Under the pieces are notes generated by a model that ran no database searches, was not told the origin of the DNA, and saw only the letters and a program-made list of their open reading frames with translations. A program made the translations under genes and the position numbers. From Epiperipatus broadwayi (lineage: Eukaryota > Animalia > Onychophora), in assembly GCA_028023455.1 (NCBI GenBank), contig JAQFVV010000001.1, positions 24,552,001 to 24,616,000 on the forward strand: DNA of 64,000 bases, written 5' to 3'. Shown piece after piece: positions 50,501-62,130 of this stretch (positions within the stretch are counted from its first letter, which is position 1; the number at the start of each line of letters is the position of its first letter).

Positions 50501-53500
50501 ACTGAAGTGGATTTGGGCTGGACATATTGCTAGAAGAGATGATAATAGATAGACAATTGAAATCTTAAACTGGATTCCAAGAGATTGTAAAAGACCCAGA
50601 AAGAGACCACATGTGAGATGGATGGGTGAAATAAGAAAGTGTGCAGGGGTGATGTGGAGAAGAGAAGCTAAAGATAGGAAAAGATGGATTGAACTTGGAG
50701 AGACCATCCTGCAGTGAATTGATAATAGTTGATGATGATGAGTATTATAATAAGTTAACAGAATATTTTAGCCATCAGCTATCTAGTCATACCACGAGAT
50801 TGGCATTCCATAATAGAAGACAGTCGAAAGATGAAAAAATAAAAGATTTTGACATAGCGTTATGGCAGTTAATAAAAACCTGTCGGTATGGGGAATTTGG
50901 TGAACAAGTTTTGTTTGACCAATTGCTGTGGGGAATGGCAGATGAAAGGCTAAGACAAACTTTATTGATTGAAACTGAGTTCTCTTATGAATTAGCGATC
51001 AAAAAAGAGATCACATACAAATTATTTATTGAGCAAGCTGTCGCTTTTAGAAGTAAAGCAGACAAGGAAGGCAGAACTGCAGTTTATAAAACGAATAAAA
51101 GGCCACAGAGAAATGATAAATCAAGTAGCAAACCAACATCCTTAGGGAAAGGTTTTTGCTATGGGAAAACAGGTCATTTCGCTAAGAATTGTAAATGATG
51201 TAGAGAAAGCTGTTTTAATTGCAGCAACAGAGGGCATGTAGCAGCAGTTTGCAAAAAACTCGAGCCCAAAGATAAAAGTGAAATAACCAAATAGAGGGGA
51301 GATAAGCAAGATGAAGTTAGTATTAATAAGAGTATGATTTCGCACTGGCAAAATCAATATATGCTAACACTTAAAATATGTAGCACAGAACTTGAAATGG
51401 AGATTGATAGCAGCTCGGGTATTTCATTGGTGTCTGAAAGATAATGGAAGGAAATATCAAAAGGTTATAAGAATGTGAAAATTAAAAAGTTGGAGATAAA
51501 AGGTAAAGATGTAAGCAGAAACTCACTAGTTTTAGTTGGAATGGCAGAGGCTCCAATTTCATATAGAAATAAACTATGCTATTTACCTATATATATTGTT
51601 AAGGGACAAATAATTCCAATAATCAATAAAAAGTGGTTTAAGGAGTTAGGTATTAAGGTATTAACTGTTAAAAACATTTCCATGGAACAGAAAATGTTGA
51701 ATAGGTACCTTGAATTATTTTCTGAGGAGTTAGGTTTAATAAAAGCAAACTCGATAGATTTAGAATTAAATGAAAACTCACGACCTGTTGTCTGTAAGCT
51801 GCGGAAGATCTCATTTGCGCAGAAAAAAAAGTTCGAGCAGAATTTAAAAACGGTGGCTAGAGGCATGATATCTGCTGAATAGGAGGCAGAATGGGCCACG
51901 CTTATAGTGGTGATCACTAAACTTGATGGTAAATCAGAATGTGCAGAGATTACCAGGTGACAGTGAATAAATATCTTAATAAAGGTGGGTATCCTATTTC
52001 TAATGTTAGAGAAGTTTTAGCGAGTTTGTCAAATGCAAATTTTTTTGCCAAATTGGACCTTAACTTCTCTTATCATCAGATTAAAATTACTGACAAATCA
52101 GCAAGAATATTGATGCTGGGCTGTTCAAATATAATCATTTACCATTAGGAATTGCTGTGGCACTGAACATTTTTCAGGCCAAGTTAAATTCAATATTACA
52201 AGGGTTAAGGCGTAATGCCTTATTACGACAACATTGTTAAGAGAAAGAATTTAGAAAGTTTATGATAAATTAAGTCAGGTGGGTGTTAAGCTAAACAGGA
52301 AAAATGTGCATGGAAAACACAAGAATTAAAGTTTTTGGATCACAGCATTTCAGATAAAGGAAAACATCTTTTGACGGACAACGTCAAGGCTGATAGAAAT
52401 GCTGAAAGGTTTAAGAATATAAAGCAGCTTTAGGCATTTTTAGGGCTAGTAAATTTTTTCGAGCTATTTTTAAAGAATTAGGCAATGGTGATAAAACCAT
52501 TGTATGAGTTATTGCACAAAGGGCCAAGTTGGATTTGGTCTGAAACTCAAGACAGGGCTTTTGAAAAAACGAAAGATCTTTTATCATCTGATATATTGTT
52601 GGTACATTTTGACAGTGAGCATGAAGTTAGAATTATTATTGATGCATCAGACTGGAGGGTAGGGGCTGTGTTAGCTCACCCTATAGATAATAATGAGCGG
52701 TATCTAGCTTGGGCGTCAACATTGTCAAAAGCTGAGGGTAATTATAGTCAAAACGACCCAGAAACTCACGATCATTTTTGCAGTGAAAAAATATGTTTGT
52801 TTTTGGACGTAGTTTTGAAATTATTACTACTGATCATAAGCCTTTGTTGGGGATTTTTGGAAATAATCATGCAGCACCTGAACATTCATGTCATCGTTTG
52901 TTACGATGGTAGAATGGGTTAGCTGCATATAAATGGGGGAAAGAAATCTTGCATGCAGATGTGTTGTCAAGGTTCCCAGATAGTCAAGAGACATGGAATA
53001 GTGAGTTTGAAGTTAATTATATTGAAACAGAACTCACAAGTGTTAAATAATAATACAATCCAATAGTGGACTAGAGAAGAAAAAAGGGTATGATATTCTT
53101 ATTAATTGGATTAAGAAGGGCAGGCCTAAAACTAGACCTAGTTATGTGGGAGCTAATAGAGAGCAGTTATCTGTTTGTAGTGGTTGTATAGTAATGGGGG
53201 ATAGAGTAGTTATACCGCCTACAAGGAAGAATAGTTTTGAAGCTTCTCCATGAAGAGCATCCAGACATAGGGCATGGGAAAGCTTTGGCATGTAGTGGCC
53301 GCAAATTAATGAAGATATAGAAAATTTCATTAAAGGTTGTGCTGCATGTCAGTCTGAAAGTGCATTACCGGCGAAATGTTGCATCCTGGCCGAAAGCATG
53401 GGAGAGTTCATATTGATCACGCAGGACCAGTGAACAGAAAAATGCTGCTGATAACAGATGCGCTCTCAAAATGGATAGAATGCCATATTGTGAAAGACAC

Positions 53501-56500
53501 TAGTGCCCTAGAAACATTGCATAATCTAAATCATCATTGATGTATATATTGTTAAAATGAAACTTAATTAGTTAGTATAGTTATAATTTTTAAAATTATA
53601 AAATTGTATTTATTATTGTGTAAATCTATTAAAATGTGTTTGTATTATGGTATATATATATCTATTAATGAGATATGGGAAGATAGTATTTAATTTAAAG
53701 TTATAAATAGTAGAGATGTATGCAAACGCATATGACAATATTTTTTTTGCTTGTTATTTGAAATCCAGTTAAACTATTAGTTGTTAAAAAACATGTTAAA
53801 CTTTATTTTTATTTCAAAGAACTCTGATTTATTTGAACTATTTATTTATCTTTTGAATTAAAATGATATTGAATATGCATAGCCATACATATCTACCATA
53901 TTACCTTAAAATTTTCTGACATCTGAAAGAAGTTATTTTCAAAATTCCTTAGATCATATTAATTAATATTATGATGGTAGTACATTGATGGTGACCTCTG
54001 AAGAGAGTCAATTGTAAAGTCTGCCTTGAGTTCGAATTCTGAACACAACGGAATAATCAATATAAGTGAAGGTTGGATGACTTAATTTAGGTTGTGTCTA
54101 TTAGATAGGTTAATATTAAATTATTCTGTTTGAGACAGATGCAATTTTGGATTGTGATTAGATCAGATCATCCATAGCATCCTATATGAAGATCCTAAGT
54201 CTGATTATTGTTAGATGCGACCACCTTAATTTTCTGGAGGGAATCTGTACCGTTAACAATATATAATCTTTTTTGTAAAATCTCACATTTTCCAATATCT
54301 TTATATCAAAATTTAAATGCTTAAATTCTTTCATATGTAGATATATATCAGAATTTTTTAAAGGCTGTTAAATATATGTAGGAAACAACAAAAAAATAAA
54401 TTGAAAACTCAATTGAAACAGCATTTAATAGATGAAAATTTTAATATATATCTATATATGTAAGAATCTAAGCATTAAAATTTTGAAATAAAAATATTGG
54501 AAGATGTGAAATTTTATAAAGACAGATTAATTAAAGAAAATTTATTTATAGAAGTGTAATTAGAATAAGTAAAGGATATTTTTATATAAAAATGTAAATT
54601 AAAAAAAGAACATTTAAATGAAAAAGAATTAGACATATATGAAAGTAAGCAAGAAGTAAGTTTAAAAAAAATTGTAATTTATGTGATAAAATATTTTTTA
54701 TTGTGTTGTTTTTGGAAATTATTTATAAATATATATCTGTATATATACCAAAAAATGATCAAATTTCAAAACAAAACTTGTGTGTATATATATATCTGTA
54801 TATATATAGGAATAATCAATTCTTGATAATGGCTATATAATGTGATTGAAATATTGGAGAAAAATTGAAAAAAAAAAAAAAATCATAAAAAAAGAAAAAA
54901 AAGATTGGAAAACAAGTGTGATAAAGAATTTGTTTTTTTTTTTAATTTTTAAAGTTTATTTTTTTAATAAAAAATTTCCTCAAAAATATAATGTGATTCC
55001 AATTCGATTTACCAAAAAATATTAAATTATGTAGAGGGAATGTTAATTAGCTTACTTGAAGAAAGGTTTTTATTTATATCAGTGGTTTATTTAAACTAAA
55101 ATAAAATTATTTAAAATGTGTATAAATTATATATTTATGACATTTACTCATATTTCATATAATTCTCTGTATAACTATTAATATTTAATTCTTACCTTTT
55201 TCATCTTTTTCTCCCCCACAATTTTTGGCTAACTTTCTCTGTTCAAAAAAACTGTTTAGTTCATTCATTATTGTGAAATAACCACTTTAATATGTATATA
55301 GATACACCATTTTATATAATTATGTATAATTCATAATCATATCTTGTATGATCTTCATTTGACCATAGTTGTTCCTTTGTAATTTTGAATTATATAATTA
55401 TAATATAAATGTTATGAAGAGAATTATACTTGATTAAATATATATTTTAAAATAATGCTTATAAATGTTTTTTTAAAAAAAAAATTATAGATATTAAATT
55501 TTTACACAGATGTCTGAATGGAAAGCTTACAGAAGAAATATTCTGAAGTGCATTGAATCTCTAATTAAACTTTTAACCGGTGAAATGTCTGAATGGGACC
55601 CTGCTATCAACAAAACAGTTTTGAAGAATTTTTTAAGAGTTGTTCCTTGTGATCGGATTTTAAGAACTCCTACAAAAAAAGTAATTTGTGTTGATGATAA
55701 TCTGTATTATAGCAGTATGAGATATGAATACTTTCAGTTAGCACGAAAATGTAAGTAATTTTTTTTTTTATGCATGTATTTGTATGGAGTACATCCATAT
55801 ATTTTTCTAAATTTTCTTTCAATTTTTAAAAGTTGTTATATGTTAAATTAGATATATTTAATGAACGATTTATTTTGAATAAAAACACTTGCACTACTAT
55901 TGAAATCTTTAAAGGAAAATGAATTTTCAAAGGCAAGCTAGCTGAGTTATCAAGTCTGTCATTTGGATTTTGAGATCTGCCTGATCTTAACAAAAGAAAA
56001 TGCTCATGCCCTTATTTTTGAAATAAATAGATGTATTATTAATTTCCAAATATCTTATGGAAAGGGGGGAGAGTTACCAGAGATGTACAATAGCATATAC
56101 TGACATATTATTTGATAATTGTTTTTATTAAGTGCTTATGAGATATTTTTTTTACAAGTTAATATAGAATAATTGCAAAGTAAACAGGCTAGAGGTTAGA
56201 TCAAACAAATAGTGATGTCCTTATATTGTGTGAAAAATACTTGGAAAGTAGTTGAACAGAAGTTTTTAAAACAGAAATTAGTTCTTCATTTCTGGAGGAC
56301 TATGTAAAATAAACAAACTTTAGAAAAACAAAATGGAATATAAATGTCAACCAAAAGAAATAAAAGAGAAGGTGAAGTTCTTTTTTAACGACGCACTTTA
56401 AATATTTCTTTCCTAGAGACCAAATATTTAGTAGTAAAAGTGAGAATTTGATATGACCTATAAGAAGAAATAGTCTTATGCTTAATTTAACACTTGTCAA

Positions 56501-58054
56501 AATCGTATAAAAACTGGAAAATGTAAAAATTGAATTTTTAAATTAATAATTTGTTATAATAGTTTCCAATTTTTGTTGGGATAATTCTTTATTTGGAGTG
56601 CATTAGGTTTTTCCCCCTGTTAAAGATTTTGATTTAAATATATGCTGTTAGCTTCATTTTAGCATTTGCAGTGTAAAATAGTAAGCATTTTTAAATTTAT
56701 GACTTACCCTAATATATTATCTTTTTAATTGTAAAACAATCATACCACATAAATGTTAATATATTTTTGTAAAGAAGAACTCAGTATATTATGTACTATC
56801 TTTTAGATTAAATTTTTGGATAATTAATTTTTTGTATTCCAGTTTTTCTATCTCTTGTTTTTTTAATTTTGGATAAATTTTTGTTTATTTACTTACTTAT
56901 GTAAATATCAAATCTTTGTTTTTTATTTTAAAATATTGGTTTTGAAAAACTATAATATGTTAATTTGTGATATCGGTAGTTTATCTTTTATTAAGTAAGC
57001 ATCAATGAAAATCAATTCCCTGTTGATGGTAGTAAAAAACCATATTTTTTCAAACAGTTTCTAGCTATTTGGTCTTCAAGTAGAAGACCCTAATTTTACT
57101 ATGTCCATTCAGAAGCATGTTTTACTCTTATTTTTTTATTCAAGGCAAGAGTTAAAAACTTTCAGTTGTCCTAAATTACAACCAAATTGGCTTGGATCAA
57201 AACCATTATAGTATCTGAAAGATTAAATCCATTAGTTTGGATGAGAGGACAAGAATAAAAACTAGTCACTGAATGAGTACAATGACAATTGATACTCTGT
57301 ATGAGAAAAAAATCCAAAAGCTGGTAATGGAGATTTAGTATTACATCAACATCTAATGTCCATGGATGTTACTCAATGTTTATTTCTTGACTTATAATAA
57401 AAATGCAGCATTGCTGTTACTACATTTCTGTAATTGTAACTGGATCTGATAGCATTGTAGATAGCACATTATTTGCCATACTCCTGTTTAGATAATTGTG
57501 AAATTCAGAATTTTTTTCAGTTCACAAGCAATTTTAAAATTTTCCAGTTAGCTGAGCCATAGCCTAAAATTAGCCATCTAATTATTACTTTTATAAATCC
57601 AATGGCTAAATAAATTATAATTTTATTTAAATACTAAAATTTTTGTAATTTCAAAAGAATTAAATTGTATGTAAAAATTAAAAAAAAAAAATCCTTTAAC
57701 ACACAATCTAATGCTTTGTTTTTTTATTATTTTAATCATGATTATTTTTTATAACATTTTTATTTTGTAAATATAGTTATCATGCAAAACTTGTATTTCA
57801 TACTGATATTTATAAATCAGTTATTTTCTTTTAATAATAATGTTTTTGTTTTTTTTTCCAGATGAAATTGGATTTTGTCAGTTTTATATGACTTGTGCTA
57901 TTGAAACAGCTATTAGTCGAAATCAAAATCGGCCTAATAAAGTGTTAAATGATATTATATATACCATGTTTGAAAAATTTGAACCTCCTTCTGACCAAGA
58001 ATTATGGGAAAAAAATTCTTTAAATATTGACTCGGAAAGTAGTGATGATGTTTT
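44309..58054 (+). CDS. PSTK: L-seryl-tRNA(Sec) kinase (PSTK), spliced gene, 3'-partial (first 3 coding exons)
   Basis: The joined exons give an N-terminal P-loop (LFCGIPASGKTTF), FDKIMP, SEWKAYRRNILK, the PSTK signature DDNLYYSSMRYEYFQLARKY and GFCQFYMTCAIETAISRNQNR; splice phases are consistent (0, then 1). Confidence 0.9.
45300..45700 (-). mobile_element. Possible hAT-like C-terminal fossil
   Basis: Minus-strand LSHFNAQIERQFNSM resembles the PHSNAxxERxFS dimerisation motif; otherwise heavily decayed. Confidence 0.35.
46080..46735 (+). mobile_element. Gypsy element 5' part: LTR end, PBS-like motif, gag N-terminus
   Basis: ...TACACAACA (LTR-like end, 46469) then TGGCACAGTC (46473-46482); gag-like GSISEFGVDNAVEWPL.VTQLENFFTLNG at ~46590-46680. 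LTR start is uncertain. Confidence 0.6.
46784..47021. mobile_element. TTAA-flanked hairpin MITE, copy 1 (~100-bp arms, 29-nt loop)
   Basis: TTAA-AATAGGCAAAACTCTCCATAC...GTGCCTAC / GTAGGCAC...GAGAGTTTTGGCTAATT-TTAA. Confidence 0.75.
47330..47766. mobile_element. TTAA-flanked hairpin MITE, copy 2 (left arm interrupted at ~47376-47640)
   Basis: TTAAAACAGGCAAAACTCACTATAC at 47333 is mirrored at 47740-47763; the loop and right arm are homologous to copy 1. Confidence 0.7.
47778..50741 (+). mobile_element. Near full-length RTE-clade LINE (AP endonuclease + reverse transcriptase), disrupted
   Basis: GTYNCRSL, WDIIGLCEVRR, QVYAPTSSH, MGDFNARIG, TGSDHRLV, QPREQAGFKSG, KAFDSI, GVRQGDSISPKLF, FADD, LTYGSETWT, WAGHIARR; (GAT)n tail at 50731-50741; several stops and frameshifts. 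Confidence 0.95.
50743..53540 (+). mobile_element. Gypsy element 3' part: gag/CCHC, protease, RT, RNase H, integrase N-terminus (decayed)
   Basis: RLAFHNRRQSKDE, CYGKTGHFAKNC zinc knuckle, LEMEIDSSSG protease, CRDYQVTVNK and FAKLDL RT, DASDWRVGAVLAH RNase H, HIDHAGP integrase. No 3' LTR found. Confidence 0.9.
53972..54255 (+). mobile_element. tRNA-derived SINE, family A copy 3
   Basis: CTGAAGAGAGTC, B-box GAGTTCGAATTC, ACAACGGAAT; shared 42-nt motif at 54177-54218. Confidence 0.55.
54265..54528. repeat. Inverted repeat, ~85-bp arms with ~95-bp spacer
   Basis: 54265-54348 is an imperfect reverse complement of 54444-54528. Confidence 0.7.
55510..55750 (+). CDS. PSTK: PSTK coding exon 2
   Basis: TTTACACAG acceptor; MSEWKAYRRNILKCIE...VICVDDNLYYSSMRYEYFQLARK; GTAAGT donor at 55751. 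Confidence 0.92.
57862..58054 (+). CDS. PSTK: PSTK coding exon 3
   Basis: Poly-T CCAG acceptor; (Y)EIGFCQFYMTCAIETAISRNQNRPNKVLNDIIYTMFEKFEPPSDQELWEKNSLNIDSESSDDV; GTAAGT donor at 58055. Confidence 0.92.
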
Positions 58055-60666
58055 GTAAGTTGTTCATTCTATATATATTAGTAACCTTTTTTTTTTTTCA
58101 ATTATTATTAAATAATATTTTATACTACATTATACAATACTAGAATTCAACTATTAATTTAATTAAATATTATGTAGCCTTTTTTATGTTTATGTATACA
58201 TTATATATAATAAGAACAATAAAAGAAATACCATGAGTCAATCCTCCACAGTGCAAGTAATAAACAGTTTAGATGGAAGGAAAAGGATCACAGGAATAAA
58301 TTAATGATTGCGGATAGAAATAATAAATTATTAATAAAGCATAAGCATTGAAAAAATAGGAGCAATATCTACATGATATTTATCATAGAAATAATATTTT
58401 TTTGTCAATATTAATTAAAAAAGATGAAACAAGTTGTGCAGTAATGAAAGAAGATGAAAAATGGCCAAGCAAAAAAAAAATTAATGAGATTCTGTTGGAT
58501 TACTAAATGCATAATATAAACGGGTTTAGAGAGTTAATAGATGTTTGGAATTAATGATTCAATAGTGTTGGCAATAGATTTTCTTACAACAGTTACAATT
58601 CCATTAGAAAAATTGACCCCTACTATGTATGCACATATATATATATTGTACCTAACTGAAGTTTCACTTAGTTCCAAAAGGAGCCAAAGGTTATCTTAGC
58701 TTAACCTTTTGGTTTGAAATTGTCTGATTTTTAAAAAATAATAATGATAAAAATGAAAATTAAATTAGTTAATTGTATTATGGAATTATGTCTAAGTATT
58801 TAAAAAAAATATATATGAGTTAGGTTGGTAAGAGATGCTAAATAATAATTTGAATTTTAAAAAAAAGAAAGATATCAGAAATAGTTGTCAGTTTGTAAGT
58901 AATATTAAATGTATTATTCACTAAATATCAGCCTTTTACAGCTACTGTACATGTGCTTTAATGAGTGTTAAATAATAAATGAATACTTTTCAGTGCCCAT
59001 ACAAGACATCGCGCTATAAAAATAGATGCTTGTTTAAATGTATTATTGTGTAATCCATTTTAATGTCTAAAGAATAATAATTAGATATTATAAATAAGTC
59101 GGAATAATTAAGTCATAAATTTTTAAAAAAATGATATATAAATTTTTATTAAAAAAATAAGAATATTTGTTATTAGTTTTGTAGCTTAACATTCCAGTTA
59201 TAAAAATTATTTAGATTAAATATTCATTAACATTCTATTGTTGTAATTTTAAAAATAACTTTTAAAAAATTAGCTTGCATTCGTATGTGAGAATATGTCT
59301 ATGCCTGCAAGGATAATATAGATATAAAAATAAAGAAATATTTTAATTTCAATATTGTTTAAAATAAATAAAACAAATGTGTGGATAAAATTATTTCAAT
59401 GAAATATTTATGGGTTTAATAAAGGGTATAACTTTAAATTTTATATTTATTACTATGGGTTGGATAAAATATCATTTAAAAAAAAATTGTTGCATAATAC
59501 TTGTAATAATAAAATTTTGATTTTCCAGCTGAAGGTCACGTGGTATGGGAAGATTATATTGATTACGTCATTAGATCGATTTTACAGCTGGATTGTTGGA
59601 ATATTAAAATTTAATAAAAAAATAGTTTTTATTGGTTTTTAATTAAACTGTAGGTGGGTGAAAAATTGTGAGATAAACGGAGATCTAAAGGGTTATTCAG
59701 TTGCTGATCTGTTTTAAATATATGTGTAGCTGAATCTTAATAGTAATTTAATAAAAAGTAATTTTTAAAACTTTATATTTTCTAAAAAAAAATAAAAGTA
59801 TGTTTTTAAAACCATTATTTTAAATCGTCCAGTAATGACAGTGGGCTGAGAAGAAAAGGTAATCCGTTTTTCCTGACAGTTTTTCATTCCAGTTGAGGCA
59901 TTAAAATTTACGGTAAAATGTTTGCAGAAAAAAATACAGCGTCTCATATTTCATTTACTTTTATTCTATTCATTTTTCTTTATTTAGAAGTAAAACTTAA
60001 ATTATTAAGTATTGTTATGGCTAAAGACTTTATTGCATTAAAATATAGTATATCTCCTATCAAATTAAAAATACACGTGAAGAAGAAATTAAAAAAAAAA
60101 AAAATTCAAACATTTAAAAAAAAAATTAAAATGGAAATGCGTTAGCGTCTTATAAATTAAAAGTGACATTAAATTTAATACTTTATTACTTTATAGATGA
60201 TATATATACATTTAAATATGCTCTTAACAGAATAATGTTTCTGTAGACAATATGTAGTTTAAAATACTAATTCTTGTTTATGCCAGTAGTATGAAAAGAA
60301 TTTGTGTGGAAGTAAAGCTTTAAAAGAATTTTAAAAAAATATTATTAATGAACTTGTCTCTATCAAATGCATAATCTTTGGTTATAATTGCTAGTACTTA
60401 TAATTAACTTTATGACCGTTGATCTTAGTTCATAAAACAAGGAGCGTCCTTAATTATAAACAAAGTCTACTCTTATGTTTTAAAAATAAATAAAAGGAAA
60501 TTTGTTTAAAAAAAAAGAAATACATTTTTAAATATTAAGAAACGTTTTTTAAAAAAAGAGCTCTATTTTAAAAAAATGCATTTATCTAAAGAAGAACAGT
60601 GAAAATTAACTAATATATTATAATTATTCCACGTTTGAACCTAGAATTATAAATATAAAAAAACAT

Positions 60667-60790
60667 GTACTCAGTTGAAGAATTTATTGTTTTCAATGCC
60701 AGCTTATTTTACTTATACTTATGCTTATTATACTTATGCTACTCAGCTGAATAATTTATTTTCCAGTGCCAACTTATGTTTATGCTTACG
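60667..60790. repeat. Degenerate ~70-bp tandem duplication
   Basis: TACTCAG.TGAA.AATTTATT...TGCCA.CTTAT...TTATGCTTA occurs twice. Confidence 0.55.
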
Positions 60791-61719
60791 ATGTTTTATT
60801 ATTTTAATATTTAAAATTATCTTTAAAGATAAAAGAAAGTGAATGTGTTTATATAAAGAACTACTGAACATTTTCGTTTGGAAATGATTGCTATGTATAT
60901 AAATGTATTAGTTGAAGCTTCGAATTTAAATAGATATCTAAACCTGGATAAATTGTCTACACATTATGAAATGGAAAAATCATCACGGAGCCGAAATATG
61001 AACTTGAATTAATGTATTATTTTTTTTTTTTTATGGTCTGCTTTATTGTTTTAAAAAAAAATGAAACCATAAAAATATTTATGCTATTAAATTTTTATGT
61101 AACACTTTTTGCATAAATATACAGGTAAACTAGGGTTATAATTTTAAAACGAAATAGGTTTATTTGAATGAGCAAATATTTCGTGCCATTCTTAAGTAGA
61201 TTTAGTTTATTTATCAAGCATTACACTAGCTAATTTCTATTTAATAATTTTTATTTATAGAGATTTAAATATCACAGTCTTATTTTCATATAAATGGGAT
61301 GTTTACTTAATTTTTATTTTAAATTTACTAAAGTAGTTTATCAGAGAATATCCATTCATTTGTTTTATGAATGTTATATTAAGAATAATTATAAATATTT
61401 TATTTCATCGAGAAGTAAATATTTTTGCATTTAATTTACCATTTCAAAAGTCCACTAGTTACTATATTTTTAGCATTTAATATTTTGTTATGTGTGCATT
61501 GTGCCTTGCCTAGAATTTTATATGCATTTAAGTTTAAAGTATTTTCTACAGTAGTCAGTTGACACATAATTTGCTTTGTTGGTTCGAATATTGGATATAC
61601 GTTTTGTATTTTTTAAATTTCTTGGAAATAACTTAGTTAGTTTAAGTGAAGTATATATCTTGCTATTAGTTAGAATTTGTTAGCCTCATAGAGTTAGGCT
61701 TAGTTTATAATTTTTTGAA

Positions 61720-62130
61720 TATGCCTTATGGAGTCAAGAAAAATCCTCCATCCTTATTGTATTGTATTTCCATGATTTGATAGTGCTTGTCCCCAAAAGA
61801 GGGTATTGTATTGTATTTTTCAGTGATGATGATCACATTTATAAGCATTGGAAATCCCATGAGAGGATTGTGCTTTTCTGGTGGGTGTTCCTGTTCCCAG
61901 ATGTACTGAAGATGAATTCCAGACATCGTCATTTTGCCTCGAAGTTAGGTATTTTGGAAGCCACCATATTCTTTTCCAGCTCTGAGGAGCCTAGTATCTT
62001 TATATTTTTGCCTATCATTCATGATGACTTAATGCTAATTCCACCACAGTAGGTGATGTTGCATTTGTTTTATATTTGTGATGACAAGATATGCTTGATT
62101 GAGGAAATGTATTTCTTCAGGTAGTTGTAG
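61720..62130 (-). mobile_element. GC-richer decayed segment, possibly a non-LTR retroelement C-terminal remnant
   Basis: Minus-strand SWKRIWWLPK resembles the W..IW motif of LINE C-termini; many stops; the assignment is weak. Confidence 0.25.

Noticed and set aside
44309-58054. Plus-strand kinase as KTI12 or adenylate-kinase-like
   Set aside because: The DDNLYYSSMRYE..QLARK motif and GFCQ...RN..R fit PSTK, not the KTI12 NYIKG.RY motif.
59528-59610. Acceptor-like TTTTCCAG followed by exon-like sequence
   Set aside because: Immediate TGA in the phase required by PSTK exon 3; the other frames match nothing I recognise.
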